The translations under genes and the position numbers were made by a program. The notes below the pieces were generated by a model. That model was not told the DNA's origin, ran no database searches, and saw nothing but the letters and a program-made list of their open reading frames with translations. Below are positions 1 to 9,632 of a stretch of 64,000 nucleotides of DNA, piece after piece. The number at the start of each line of letters is the position of its first letter. Positions within the stretch are counted from its first letter, which is position 1. This DNA is from an uncultured delta proteobacterium (GTDB taxonomy: Bacteria; Myxococcota; Myxococcia; Myxococcales; Anaeromyxobacteraceae): assembly GCA_963828255.1 (NCBI GenBank), contig CAWHDZ010000034.1, positions 32,001-96,000 on the forward strand. Direction: 5' to 3'.

Positions 1-751
1 CACCGGGGCGAAGAGCGCCCCCGGCGTCGCCCTGGCGGCGAGCCGCTCCTGGTCCTTCACCACCGGCCGGATGCAGCCGATGGGTCTCCCGGTCATGCTC
101 GGGACGGCCGGGAACTTCGCCATCCTCGCCAAGAGCGGGATCTCGACCGTGCCGGCCTCGGCGGTCACCGGGAACATCGGCGTCAGCCCCGCCGCCGCCT
201 CCTCGATCACCGGCTTCGCGCTGATCCCCGACGCCACCACCGCGTTCTCGACCTCAGCGCAGGTGGTCGGGAGGGTGTACGCGGCCGACTACGCGCCGCC
301 CACCCCGTCGAGCCTGACGATTGCCGTCGGTGACATGGAGCTGGCCTTCACCGACGCGGCCGGGCGCCCGCCCGACGTCACCGAGCTGGGCGCCGGGAAC
401 ATCGGCGGGATGACGCTGGCCCCGGGCGTCTACAAGTGGGGCACCGGCGTCCTCATCCCCACGGACGTCACCCTCAGCGGCAGCTCGACGGGCGTCTGGA
501 TCTTCGAGATTGCCCAGGGCCTGACCGTGAGCAGCGCCGCCAAGGTCCTCCTGGCCGGCGGAGCGCTGCCCAGGAACGTCTTCTGGCAGGTCGGCGGCGT
601 GGTGGTCCTCGGCACGACGGCCCACCTCGAAGGCATCGTCCTGACCCAGACGGCGATCACCCTGGCCACCGGCGCCTCGGTGAACGGCAGGCTCCTGGCC
701 CAGACGGCCGTCACACTCGACGGCAGCACCGTGGTCGCACCCACTCCGTGA
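1..751 (+). CDS. Ice-binding-like protein (DUF3494) preceded by an Ig-like (Big_5-type) domain; 5'-truncated by the window
   Basis: Frame is open from base 2 (TGAKSAPGVALAASRSWSFTTG, a typical Ig-like domain end), then LGTAGNFAILAKSGIST...TLAPGVYKW...NVFWQV...NGRLLAQTAVTLD typical of DUF3494. Confidence 0.85.
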   Translation, partial: TGAKSAPGVALAASRSWSFTTGRMQPMGLPVMLGTAGNFAILAKSGISTVPASAVTGNIGVSPAAASSITGFALIPDATTAFSTSAQVVGRVYAADYAPPTPSSLTIAVGDMELAFTDAAGRPPDVTELGAGNIGGMTLAPGVYKWGTGVLIPTDVTLSGSSTGVWIFEIAQGLTVSSAAKVLLAGGALPRNVFWQVGGVVVLGTTAHLEGIVLTQTAITLATGASVNGRLLAQTAVTLDGSTVVAPTP

Positions 752-807
752 GAGGCGACGCGTGATCGGGATGGCACGAATGGATCCCCGTTCGTGCCAT
801 CTCCATT

Positions 808-1839
808 TCAGCCCCCGCCGCGGATCCCCGGGAAGTCCTCCGCCGGGAAGAGCAGGACGTCGCGGATGCGCGGGGCGCCGGTGAGGAGCATGAGCAGCCG
901 GTCGATCCCCAGCGCCACCCCGCCGGCGTCGGGCATGCGCCCCACCGCCTCGAGGAAGCGCTCGTCGAGCGGGTAGGCCGGCCGGCCCAGCGCGATCCGC
1001 AGCGCCCGCTCCGCCTCCAGGCGTCGCCGCTGCTCGGCGGCGTCGTTCAGCTCGGCGAAGCCGTTGGCCAGCTCGAGCCCGGCGGCGTAGAGCTCGAAGC
1101 GCTCCGCCCAGCGCGGGTCGTCGGCGCGGATGCGGGAGAGCGCCGCCATGGAAGCCGGCCAGTCGGTCAGGTACACGGGTCGTGAAAGGCCCAGGCCCGG
1201 CTCGACGGCCTGCAGGAAGATCCGGAAGAAGGCGTCGTCGAACCCCTCCCCGTCCGGCCCGGCGTCGATCCCCCGCGCCCGGGCGGCGGCGCGCAGCCGG
1301 GCGGGGTCCTCCCCGCAGGCCTCGAGGTCCACTCCTGCGCGGGCGAAGGCGTCTGCCACGCGCACCCGGTCGAAGGGGACGGCCCAGTCCACCTCGCGGC
1401 CGCGCCAGGCGAGCCTCGTCCCGCCCGACGGGTGGAGGGCGCGGGCCCCGGCTTCCACCGCCTCCTCCAGATCTTCCATGACCCCCGTGTGGTCGGTGCC
1501 GGCCCGGTAGAGCTCGAGCATGGTGAACTCGGGGTTGTGGGTGTCGGAGACCTCGCCGTTCCGGAAGACCCGCGCCAGCTGGAAGATCCGCCCGAACCCG
1601 TCGGCCAGCAGCCGCTTCATGGCGTACTCGGGGCTCCCGTGGAGCCAGAGCGGGTGCGGCGCGCCGCCCCCCTCCGGGACGAAGGGGGCATCGAAGGCCC
1701 GGATGTGCGGCTCCATCCCCGGCGCCGGCACGAGGCACGGGGTCTCCACCTCCTCGAACCCGCGCGCCGAGAGGTGGGCGCGCACGGCGCCCTGGAGGCG
1801 GGATCGGGCCCGACTCATCTCGATGCGCGTCCCGTTCAC
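808..1839 (-). CDS. epmA: EF-P lysine aminoacylase (EpmA/GenX/PoxA)
   Basis: LysRS-like catalytic domain without anticodon domain: GFEEVETP, SPEYAMKRLLA, FRNGE..HNPEFTMLE, ERFELY..G.ELANGF.EL, GVALGIDRL. Confidence 0.92.
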   Translation of the reverse strand: MNGTRIEMSRARSRLQGAVRAHLSARGFEEVETPCLVPAPGMEPHIRAFDAPFVPEGGGAPHPLWLHGSPEYAMKRLLADGFGRIFQLARVFRNGEVSDTHNPEFTMLELYRAGTDHTGVMEDLEEAVEAGARALHPSGGTRLAWRGREVDWAVPFDRVRVADAFARAGVDLEACGEDPARLRAAARARGIDAGPDGEGFDDAFFRIFLQAVEPGLGLSRPVYLTDWPASMAALSRIRADDPRWAERFELYAAGLELANGFAELNDAAEQRRRLEAERALRIALGRPAYPLDERFLEAVGRMPDAGGVALGIDRLLMLLTGAPRIRDVLLFPAEDFPGIRGGG

Positions 1840-1886
1840 CGGGCGAGCTTAACCGGTCGCGCCGCGCCCCTGTTAGCATGCCGCCG

Positions 1887-3473
1887 GTGAAGCGACTCCT
1901 CCCGTTCGCACTCGCGCTCTCCGCCTGCGCCCACGCGCCCGAGGTCCCCCCGCCGCCGGCCCCGGCGCCGCCTCCGGTTGCCGCCCGCCCGGAACCACCG
2001 GCCATCGACCGCATCCGCGCCGACGTGGACGCCCTGCTCGAGGCCCAGGGGGAGGCCACCTGGCTCACCTGGACCACCGGCGCCCCGCTCGACGTGGCGG
2101 GACCGCTGGCCGGCCGGGCCTGGATCGCCGACGGCGGCGCGCTCGCAGCGCTCGACGCCCTGCCCCCCGTCTCCGACCCCACCGAGGGCGCGCGCCGGCG
2201 GATGCTCCGCGACTTCCTCCTGGGCGAGCGGCTCGCCGCGGCGGCGGCGCCCGGCGCCCCACCGGCCGACCTGACCTTCTCCTTCGAGGGGCGGACCCTG
2301 GCACTGAGGGACGCAGCCTCGATGCTCGCCGCGGAGCCGGACCCCGCCCGCCGCGCCGCCCTGGACGCCGCGCGCGCCCCGGCCGCGGCCCGGCGCGCCC
2401 GCGAGGCCGACGCGAGCGCCGCTGCGCTCTCCGACGCCGCCCGGCGGCTCGGCCTGGGCGACCTTCCGTCGATCGCCGCCGAGCTGCGACGGGCCTCCCC
2501 CGGGGATCTGGCCGCGCTGGCCTCGGCCACCCTCGACGCCACGGGGCCCGCATACTGCGTGGCCATGGAGGCGCTGGCGCGCGGCGAGGCCGGGGTGTCC
2601 CTCTCCGCCACCCACCTCCGCGACCTGCCCAGGATCCTGCGCGCATCCCACGAGCCCAAGGCCCACCCCGCCTCCCGGCTCGCCGACGACGGCCGGGCCG
2701 CCGCGGCGGCCACCGGGGTGGACCTCTCCACCCGGGTGAAGCTCGACGACCGGGCGGCCGGCGGCAAGAGCCAGCGTCCGCTCGCAGTGCCGGTCCGGGT
2801 GCCGGACGACGTCCGCCTCTCGGCGATGCCGTCGGGGGGCGCGTCCGAGGCCCGGGCCTTCCTCCACGAGCTGGGCGTGGCCCTCTTCCTCTCGGGCATT
2901 CGCGCGAGCGGCGTCGAACCCCGCAGGCTCGGCTCCCCGGCCGTGACCGCGACCTGGGGCCACCTGCTGGAGGCGCTCGCCGCCGACCCGGCCTGGCTGG
3001 GCGAGCGCTCCGGGATGACCGGCCACGTGCTGGCCCGGGAGATCAAGGCCGCCCAGGCCGAGCGTCTCCACGCGGTGCGCATGCAGGCGGCCCGGCTCCT
3101 GCGGGAGGTGGAGCGGCAGCAGGGCGGCCCGCCCGCCTCCTCCGGCGACGGCAAGGTCCTCGCGCGCGCCCTCTGCCGGCCGGTCTCGGCCGAGGACGCG
3201 GCGCGCTGGCCGCTCCCCCGCGACCCGCTGCTCTCGTCTGCCGACGCCCTGCGGGGCGCGCTGCTCGCCGCCCAGATCGAGGTGGCCCTCGCCGAGGCGG
3301 GGGGCGGTCCCTGGTGGCGCTGGAAGGGCGCGCCCGGATGGTTCGGCCCGATCTGGGCGGCGGGCGCCGTCGCGAGCCCCGACGAGCTGGCCCGGGCCGC
3401 CGGGATCGGGGCGCTGTCGGCGGAGCCTCTGGCGCGGACGGCGCGGGCCCGGTTCGACGCTGCCGGCTGGTGA
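1887..3473 (+). CDS. Lipoprotein with M3/M32 (gluzincin)-like fold and degenerate zinc motif
   Basis: Lipobox LALSAC followed by a Pro-rich linker; FLHELGVAL where HExxH is expected; GTG 1887 chosen because TAGCAT lies 7 nt upstream (ATG 1878 is the alternative). Confidence 0.6.
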   Translation: MKRLLPFALALSACAHAPEVPPPPAPAPPPVAARPEPPAIDRIRADVDALLEAQGEATWLTWTTGAPLDVAGPLAGRAWIADGGALAALDALPPVSDPTEGARRRMLRDFLLGERLAAAAAPGAPPADLTFSFEGRTLALRDAASMLAAEPDPARRAALDAARAPAAARRAREADASAAALSDAARRLGLGDLPSIAAELRRASPGDLAALASATLDATGPAYCVAMEALARGEAGVSLSATHLRDLPRILRASHEPKAHPASRLADDGRAAAAATGVDLSTRVKLDDRAAGGKSQRPLAVPVRVPDDVRLSAMPSGGASEARAFLHELGVALFLSGIRASGVEPRRLGSPAVTATWGHLLEALAADPAWLGERSGMTGHVLAREIKAAQAERLHAVRMQAARLLREVERQQGGPPASSGDGKVLARALCRPVSAEDAARWPLPRDPLLSSADALRGALLAAQIEVALAEAGGGPWWRWKGAPGWFGPIWAAGAVASPDELARAAGIGALSAEPLARTARARFDAAGW

Positions 3474-3486
3474 AGGGGTCCGGGGC

Positions 3487-3951
3487 CTACTCCGGACCCC
3501 CGCTGCGGGCCTTCGCCTCCAGCTCGGCGAGCCGCTTGCGCATGCCGCGGTCGCGGGTGAAGCGGTCGGTGACGTCGCGGATGATGGCGGAGGCGCCGAC
3601 GAGCTTGCCCTCGTCGTCCCAGATCATCTGGATGGTGAACTCGATGGAGAGGGGCGCGCCGTCCTTGCGCGACGCCGGAACCGCCAGGATGTCCTTGCCG
3701 TAGCGGGTGTGGCCGGACTTCATCACCTCGTCCCAGCCGCCCCAGTGGCGCCCCCGCAGCCGCTCCGGGATGATGAGGTCCATCGAGTTCCCCAGGGCCT
3801 CGACCGCGCTCCAGCCGAACATGGCGGCCGCGCCGGCGTTCCAGAAGCGGATGATCCCCTCCCGGTCGGCGAAGAGAACGGCGTCCCCTGCGCCCTCCAC
3901 GATGCGGCGGCACAGCCAGTCCCGCGGAAGCTCCCTCGCCGGGTCGGTCAC
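3487..3951 (-). CDS. Stand-alone PAS domain protein
   Basis: DAVLFADREGIIRFWNAGAAAMFGWS..EALG.S.DLIIP...RKDG..LSIEFTI...IIRDVTDR; GTG start overlaps the upstream stop (GTGA). Confidence 0.85.
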   Translation of the reverse strand: MTDPARELPRDWLCRRIVEGAGDAVLFADREGIIRFWNAGAAAMFGWSAVEALGNSMDLIIPERLRGRHWGGWDEVMKSGHTRYGKDILAVPASRKDGAPLSIEFTIQMIWDDEGKLVGASAIIRDVTDRFTRDRGMRKRLAELEAKARSGGPE

Positions 3952-5660
3952 CGCGACACCCCTTCCTCGCCGGACGGTGGGTCCGTCAGCTCCACGAGGC
4001 GATAGCGCCCGGTGGCCGGTCCCGCAACCCGCAGCAGCTTGCCGGGCCCGACCGCGCTCCCGAGCGACGGCACGCGCTCCGCCTCGGTGACGACCCAGAG
4101 CCGCCCGGGGCGCGCCGCGACCTCGCGCATGCGCGCCGGATCCACCACCTCGCGGACGCGGTTCTTCCCGTAGAAGGTCTCCCCCCGCCAGTTCATGAGC
4201 CAGGCCAGGAGCGGCTCGTCCGGCTCCGGCTTCCCCGCCCGGAAGGCGGCGAAGAGCTCCCGCTGCGTCCAGTGGACGGCCAGCGCGGGCCAGTGGACGA
4301 AGGAGATCCAGGCCGCCGAGAGCGCCGCCGCGGCGAGGAGGCCCACCACGGCGACGCGGGCAGAGCGCCGGAACGCCCCCGCGGCGATCCCGACGAGCGC
4401 CAGCGCGGAGAGCGCCGCCAGCACCGTCCCGGGGGCCCCGAGCGCCGCCTCCGGCCAGGCGCGGCGCGGATCGTAGGTGAAGAGGGCGGTGAGGAGGCGG
4501 GGATGGCGCGCCAGCCACCACCCCGACGCCGCCAGCGCGGCCACGCCGAGGAGCCCCTCCACCACGCGGCCGCGGAACCCCTCGTCGAGAAGCCGGTCGA
4601 GGAAGAGGGCCGAGAGCACGAGCAGCGGGGGCGCGACCGGGAGCACGTAGTGCGGGTAGCGGGTGGCGGCGAACCCCATGAGCAGCCAGCCGGCGCCCGC
4701 CCAGATCGCGCAGAGCAGGGCCAGGCCGGCCCGCGCGCTCCCTGGTTCACCACGGGTGCGGATGGCCTCCCCGAGTCCGCCCGGGATCGCGGCCACCCAG
4801 GGGAAGGTCCCCACCGCGAGCCATCCCAGGTAGGGGAGGAGGCCGCCGCCCGGCGTGGGGACGTGGACCCCCTGCCCGAGGCGGCGCAGGTGGTCGTGGA
4901 GCCAGAACCGCTGCAGGAAGGTCCAGCCCGCGTCGTCACGCCCGGGCCACGCGGCCATGGCCAGGTACCAGGGGAGCGCGATGGCGAGGAACACCAGAGG
5001 GCCCACCGGGACCGCCACCCGCCCCACCCGCTCCACGAACCCGAGCCGGAGCGCCCGCCGCCACTCCCCGGTGACGACGAGCCAGCCGAGCAGCGCCCCG
5101 GCCGGCAGGAGGAGCCCGAGCGGCCCCTTCACGAGCGTGGCCAGCCCGAGCAGGATCCAGCCGGCGCGGGCCCATCCCGGGCCGGCCCCGTCTTCGAGGA
5201 GCGCCACCGCGAAGGCCAGGCCGCCTGCGGTGGAGAGGGCGGCGAGGGGCGCGTCGGGGACGGCCTGCCGCGCGAAGAGGGCGACGAATGGGGCGGTGAC
5301 GAGTGCTGCCGCGGCGAGCAGGCCGGCGCGGCGGGAGGCGAGGCGCGCCACCGCGGCGGCGGACAGGGCGATCCCCAGGACGGAGAGGAGCGCCCCCGGC
5401 AGGCGCACCCCCCACTCCGCCCGGCCGTCCCCGGCCAGGGCCAGACCCGCCGCCCCGCCCCAGAGGAGCAACGGCGGCTTCGAGAAGAAGCCGGCCTCGC
5501 GCCACCAGGGGTGGACCCAGTCTCCCCGGACCAGCATCTGCCGGGAGACCTCCGCGTAGTGGGACTCCCAGGGGTCGAAGAGCCCCACCGAACCCAGCCC
5601 GGGCAGGAAGAGGAGCCCGGCGAGGAGCGCGGCGGCGAGCCAGACGGGGATCCGTGCCAC
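3948..5660 (-). CDS. ArnT/PMT-family (GT39/GT83-like) membrane glycosyltransferase
   Basis: DPWESHYAEVSRQM...FSKPPL..W, LVKGPLG, YPHYVLP motifs and many transmembrane segments. Confidence 0.85.
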   Translation of the reverse strand: MARIPVWLAAALLAGLLFLPGLGSVGLFDPWESHYAEVSRQMLVRGDWVHPWWREAGFFSKPPLLLWGGAAGLALAGDGRAEWGVRLPGALLSVLGIALSAAAVARLASRRAGLLAAAALVTAPFVALFARQAVPDAPLAALSTAGGLAFAVALLEDGAGPGWARAGWILLGLATLVKGPLGLLLPAGALLGWLVVTGEWRRALRLGFVERVGRVAVPVGPLVFLAIALPWYLAMAAWPGRDDAGWTFLQRFWLHDHLRRLGQGVHVPTPGGGLLPYLGWLAVGTFPWVAAIPGGLGEAIRTRGEPGSARAGLALLCAIWAGAGWLLMGFAATRYPHYVLPVAPPLLVLSALFLDRLLDEGFRGRVVEGLLGVAALAASGWWLARHPRLLTALFTYDPRRAWPEAALGAPGTVLAALSALALVGIAAGAFRRSARVAVVGLLAAAALSAAWISFVHWPALAVHWTQRELFAAFRAGKPEPDEPLLAWLMNWRGETFYGKNRVREVVDPARMREVAARPGRLWVVTEAERVPSLGSAVGPGKLLRVAGPATGRYRLVELTDPPSGEEGVSR

Positions 5661-5728
5661 CCGGTCCTTATCGCACCCCAATCCCGGGGAGCGAAGGGGT
5701 GTCCTGCCCGGGGGGGACGCCCGGCTCC

Positions 5729-5757
5729 TTGGATCCCCCGCCAGCCGGGGCTATCCT
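5729..5757 (+). promoter_or_regulatory. Putative sigma70-type promoter of the kinase gene
   Basis: TTGGAT-N17-TATCCT, 10 nt before GTG 5768. Confidence 0.5.
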
Positions 5758-5767
5758 CCCTCCCAGC

Positions 5768-7492
5768 GTGGCCTCCCCGGCACAGACCCCAGCGGCGCCG
5801 GAATTCAAGCCGCACGTCTTCGGCAAGTTCTTCCTGCTGCAGCGGCTCGCCGTGGGCGGGATGGCCGAGATCTTCCGGGCCAAGGTGGCCGGGGCCGAGG
5901 GGTTCGAGAAGGAACTGGTGGTGAAGCGCATCCTCCCGGCGCGCTCCCAGGATCAGGGCTTCATCCAGATGCTGGTGAACGAGGCCAAGCTCACCGTCCA
6001 GCTCACGCACAACAACGTCACCCAGATCTACGAGTGCGGCTCCATCGACGGGAACTACTTCATCTCGATGGAGCTCGTGAACGGCGTCTCGCTGAAGGAC
6101 ATGATGGTCTCCTTCGCGCGGGCCGGAACGGCCATCACGCCGGAGCAGTCCATCTTCATGGTCCTCCAGCTCCTGCAGGGGCTCGAGTACGCCCACCGGA
6201 AGGCCGACGGCCAGGGCAACCCGCTGCGGATCATCCACTGCGACGTCTCGCCCGACAACGCCCTCATCTCCTGGCAGGGCGAGGTGAAGCTGCTCGACTT
6301 CGGCATCGCCCGCGCCGCCACCGGCCTCTCCAACTACAAGGAGGGGATGCTGATGGGGAAGCTCGGGTACGTGGCGCCCGAGCAGGCCTCGCTGGACCGC
6401 CCCTGGGACCACCGGGTGGACGTCTTCGCGGCCGGCATCATTCTCTACGAGCTCCTCACCAAGCAGAAGCCCTTCCAGCGCGCGGTGGACGTCGAGTCGC
6501 TCATCCAGTCCCGCCTCGGCAAGGTGGTGCCCCCCTCGTCCGTGGACGAGCGGCTCCCCAAGGAGCTCGACGCCATCGTGCTCCGGGCGCTGGCCGCCGA
6601 CCCCGACCAGCGCTACCCGGACGCCCGCTCCTTCGGCGACGCACTCGTGGACGTGCTCTTCCCCACCCCCCACTCGGCCATCCAGGACCACCTGGGGCGG
6701 CAGATGCACCAGGTCTACGCGGAGCGGATCGCGAGGCAGCGGGCCGCCCGGGCCCACGACGCGCTGGTGATGAAGGTCCTGCGCAACGTGGCCGAGCAGC
6801 AGCGGGCCGCGGTCTACGACTCGGTGGCGCGCGCCGAGACCACCGGGCCGCTCCCGGTCCAGACGCCGCTCTCCGAGCTCGGCACCCAGAGCATCGACAT
6901 CGACGTGGACCGCTCCCCGGGACGCACGCCCGCGCTCGGACCGGAGCGCATCCGGACCATCCGCGTGGGCGCGGGCCGGGCCGTGATGCTGGGCATCGCC
7001 TCCGGACTCGCCGTGGCGGTGGCCGCCTTCGCCGCCTCCCCCTGGTTGCGCGACGGAGTGCTCGTGATCTCCACCACCCCGCCCGGCGCGCAGGTCACCC
7101 TGGACGGCCGCTCCATCGCCGGGGCGACGCCCGTCGTGGTCGAGGGGATCCGGCTCTCCGACGCGCACCGCGTCGAGGCGGTCCTGCCCGGCCACCGCGC
7201 GGCCTCGATCGAGGTGGCCGGGGAGCCGGGACGCCTGGCCCGCTCGGTGCACCTGGCGCTCTCCTCCGCACTGGGCTCCTTCACCGTGGAGAGCGTGCCT
7301 TCCGGCGCCGAGCTCCGGGTGAACGGGAGGCTGGTCGGACGCACGCCCTACCGGGTCACCGACGTGCGGGTGGACGAGCGGCACCGCATCGACCTCACCC
7401 TCCCCGGCCACGACATCGACCAGTTCATGGTGCTGCCGGAGAAGGACGGGAACCGGTTCGTGCGGACGCTCCTGCCCCGCCCTCGCGGGTAG
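5768..7492 (+). CDS. Membrane Ser/Thr protein kinase with C-terminal PEGA domains
   Basis: LAVGGMAEIF, LVVKR, HCDVSPDN, DFG, GKLGYVAPEQ; one TM helix; two S.P.GA.V..dG PEGA repeats. Confidence 0.92.
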   Translation: MASPAQTPAAPEFKPHVFGKFFLLQRLAVGGMAEIFRAKVAGAEGFEKELVVKRILPARSQDQGFIQMLVNEAKLTVQLTHNNVTQIYECGSIDGNYFISMELVNGVSLKDMMVSFARAGTAITPEQSIFMVLQLLQGLEYAHRKADGQGNPLRIIHCDVSPDNALISWQGEVKLLDFGIARAATGLSNYKEGMLMGKLGYVAPEQASLDRPWDHRVDVFAAGIILYELLTKQKPFQRAVDVESLIQSRLGKVVPPSSVDERLPKELDAIVLRALAADPDQRYPDARSFGDALVDVLFPTPHSAIQDHLGRQMHQVYAERIARQRAARAHDALVMKVLRNVAEQQRAAVYDSVARAETTGPLPVQTPLSELGTQSIDIDVDRSPGRTPALGPERIRTIRVGAGRAVMLGIASGLAVAVAAFAASPWLRDGVLVISTTPPGAQVTLDGRSIAGATPVVVEGIRLSDAHRVEAVLPGHRAASIEVAGEPGRLARSVHLALSSALGSFTVESVPSGAELRVNGRLVGRTPYRVTDVRVDERHRIDLTLPGHDIDQFMVLPEKDGNRFVRTLLPRPRG

Positions 7493-7510
7493 GGACGGGT
7501 CCGGACCGGT

Positions 7511-8302
7511 TCACTCCCCGCGAAATCGGGGGGGCCTTCTCCCTGCCCAGGCGGCGCGCCCCTCGCGCAGGTCGGCGCTCTCGAAGGCGCGCGTGCGCAG
7601 GGAGGCGATCTCCACCCGCTCGGCCTCGGTGAGGCCGCGCTCGTGGGTCTCCTCGAGCAGCCGGAGGATGCGCTTCATCCCCTGCACGGCCAGCGGGGCG
7701 TTCAGGGCGATCTCCTCGGCCAGCGCCAGGGCCGCGGCCTCGGCGTCGGCCGGGGAGGCCACCCGGTCCACGAGCCCCATGGCGAGCGCCTTCGCGGCGT
7801 CCACCGGCCTCCCGGTGAAGAACATCTCCCGGGTGTGGGCCGGGCCCACCAGCGCCAGGAAGCGGCGCACCCCGGCGGCGGCGTAGACCACCCCGAGCTT
7901 GGCGGGGGGCATGCCGAGCTTCGCCCCCTGGCTGGCGATGCGCAGGTCGCAGGTGGCGGCGAGCTCGCAGCCGGCGCCGAACGCCGCACCGTTCACGAAG
8001 GCCACGGTGGGGCAGGGAACCGCCTCGACCGCCTCCATGGCCCGCTCGGTGGCCAGGTCGGGCCGGTCGCCGTCCGGCCCGTCCCCCTCCATGGCGTCGA
8101 TGTCGAAGCCGGAGCAGAAGGCCTGGTCGCCGGCGCCCCGCAGGACGAGGCAGCGGACCCTGTCCTCGGCGGCGCGCGCGCAGGCCCGGGTGAGCTCGGC
8201 CAGCGACCCGTAGTCGAAGGCGTTCCGCTTCCCCGGGTTGTCGATGGTGAGGACCCGGACGAAGCCGCGGTCCTCGACCCGGATCTTCGCCAGGGGCGTC
8301 AC
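7511..8302 (-). CDS. Enoyl-CoA hydratase/isomerase family protein
   Basis: AFCSGFDI, VNGAAFGAGCELAATCDLR, LGMPPAKLG, NAPLAV; GTG overlaps the biotin-carrier stop. Confidence 0.9.
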   Translation of the reverse strand: MTPLAKIRVEDRGFVRVLTIDNPGKRNAFDYGSLAELTRACARAAEDRVRCLVLRGAGDQAFCSGFDIDAMEGDGPDGDRPDLATERAMEAVEAVPCPTVAFVNGAAFGAGCELAATCDLRIASQGAKLGMPPAKLGVVYAAAGVRRFLALVGPAHTREMFFTGRPVDAAKALAMGLVDRVASPADAEAAALALAEEIALNAPLAVQGMKRILRLLEETHERGLTEAERVEIASLRTRAFESADLREGRAAWAGRRPPRFRGE

Positions 8303-8511
8303 TCCACGACGGCCAGGACGTCGCCCTCGGCGACGGACTGCCCTTCCTTCACCCGGATCTCCTTCACCCGACCGTCCACCGGCGACTCCAGCGGCATCTC
8401 CATCTTCATCGACTCGAGGACGAGGATGGCCTCGCCGGCGCCGACCTGCTCGCCAGGGCTCTTCTCGATGCGGACCACGGTGCCGGTGATGTGGGCGGGG
8501 ACGTTGGGCAT
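8299..8511 (-). CDS. Biotin/lipoyl carrier protein
   Basis: 70 aa with LESMKMEM biotinylation motif. Confidence 0.9.
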   Translation of the reverse strand: MPNVPAHITGTVVRIEKSPGEQVGAGEAILVLESMKMEMPLESPVDGRVKEIRVKEGQSVAEGDVLAVVE

Positions 8512-8533
8512 GAGGGGGCCAACCTACCAGGGG

Positions 8534-8564
8534 AATGAAGAGGTCCGCCACGGGGGCGGACCTC
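8534..8564 (-). terminator. Intrinsic terminator-like hairpin after the PilZ-REC gene
   Basis: Perfect 10-bp stem GAGGTCCGCC/GGCGGACCTC with 5-nt loop, followed by TTCATT on the minus strand. Confidence 0.6.
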
Positions 8565-8627
8565 GGTGAGTCGGGGACGGAGTTCCCTCTCGTCCCACGG
8601 CCGGCTTGCGACCGGCCCTGTTGATGG

Positions 8628-9479
8628 TCAGTCTCTCCCCTTCCGCAGCGTGGGGTCAACCCGATCCGGGCCGAATTCGACGGCCGTTCGGGGCTCCTCG
8701 GACGAGGGGGCTTGACGGGTGGACATGGGCGCCCCTGGCTGGGGACCGGCCCGCAGCAGGGTCCGGACGGTGGCGACGATGTCCTGGTACTTGACCGGCT
8801 TCTGGAGGAAGAAGTTGGCGCCCAGCCGGCTCACCCGCTCCCGCTCCTCGTCGCCCGCCGAGGAGATGACGATGATGGGCAGGTGGCGCAGGCGTGGCTC
8901 GGCCCGGACCTTCTCCACCAGCGCGAAGCCGCTCATGACCGGCATGTAGACGTCGGTGATGATGAGGTCGATGGGGGGCTGGGCGTGGAGCCTCGCGAAG
9001 GCCTCGTTCCCGTCCACCGCCACGTCCACCGCCAGTCCACCCACACCCTCGGTGGCGGCGAGGCGCCGCAGCGCGGACGCGTACATGGCGGCCACGAGCG
9101 AGTTGTCCTCGACGAGCAACACCCGGTAGCCGGGGCGGCTCGACTCGGCCTGCGCGGCCGCCGCGACGGCGAGCCGCTCCAGGCGGCGCCGGTCATCCAC
9201 CCGGTCGGGAGGGATCCAGACGGCGACGCCCGGGGTCTGCGAGGATCCGCCCGGGCGCATCCGGACCACCTCGACCTCGAGCTCGGCCGGCTCGAGGAGC
9301 TCGGGGAAGGAGATGAGCAGGGAGAGCCGCTCCCCCACCTCGAACTCCCGCTCGGTGCGGATGAAGAGACCGCCCGCGGAGAGGTTCTCCGTGTAGTCGC
9401 GCACCGTGGAGGCCGCGCCCGGATAGTCCACCGCCAGGATGAGCGGGAATCGCGGGTGTGATCGTTTCTCCGTCCCCAT
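8628..9479 (-). CDS. PilZ (TIGR02266-type) domain plus response-regulator receiver domain
   Basis: EKRSHPR...ENLSAGGLFI, then VLLVEDN...LIITDVYMPVMSG...FLQKP. Confidence 0.88.
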   Translation of the reverse strand: MGTEKRSHPRFPLILAVDYPGAASTVRDYTENLSAGGLFIRTEREFEVGERLSLLISFPELLEPAELEVEVVRMRPGGSSQTPGVAVWIPPDRVDDRRRLERLAVAAAAQAESSRPGYRVLLVEDNSLVAAMYASALRRLAATEGVGGLAVDVAVDGNEAFARLHAQPPIDLIITDVYMPVMSGFALVEKVRAEPRLRHLPIIVISSAGDEERERVSRLGANFFLQKPVKYQDIVATVRTLLRAGPQPGAPMSTRQAPSSEEPRTAVEFGPDRVDPTLRKGRD

Positions 9480-9632
9480 GGTCTCCGGCCGGCCGCCTCG
9501 TTCCCCTGCACCTGACCCGTGCCGGCCGATTATGCCCCGGCCCGGAAAGAAATCTCCTCCGCGAACGTCCGTTCCGGTCGATTTCATCGGAAGTTGAAGG
9601 TGTGGCGGGGCGCCGGTAGTCTGCTGTCCTAC

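Noticed and set aside
6235..6260. HCD instead of HRD in the Ser/Thr kinase as a sign of inactivity
   Set aside because: The catalytic Lys, Asp, Asn and DFG are intact; non-RD kinases are common
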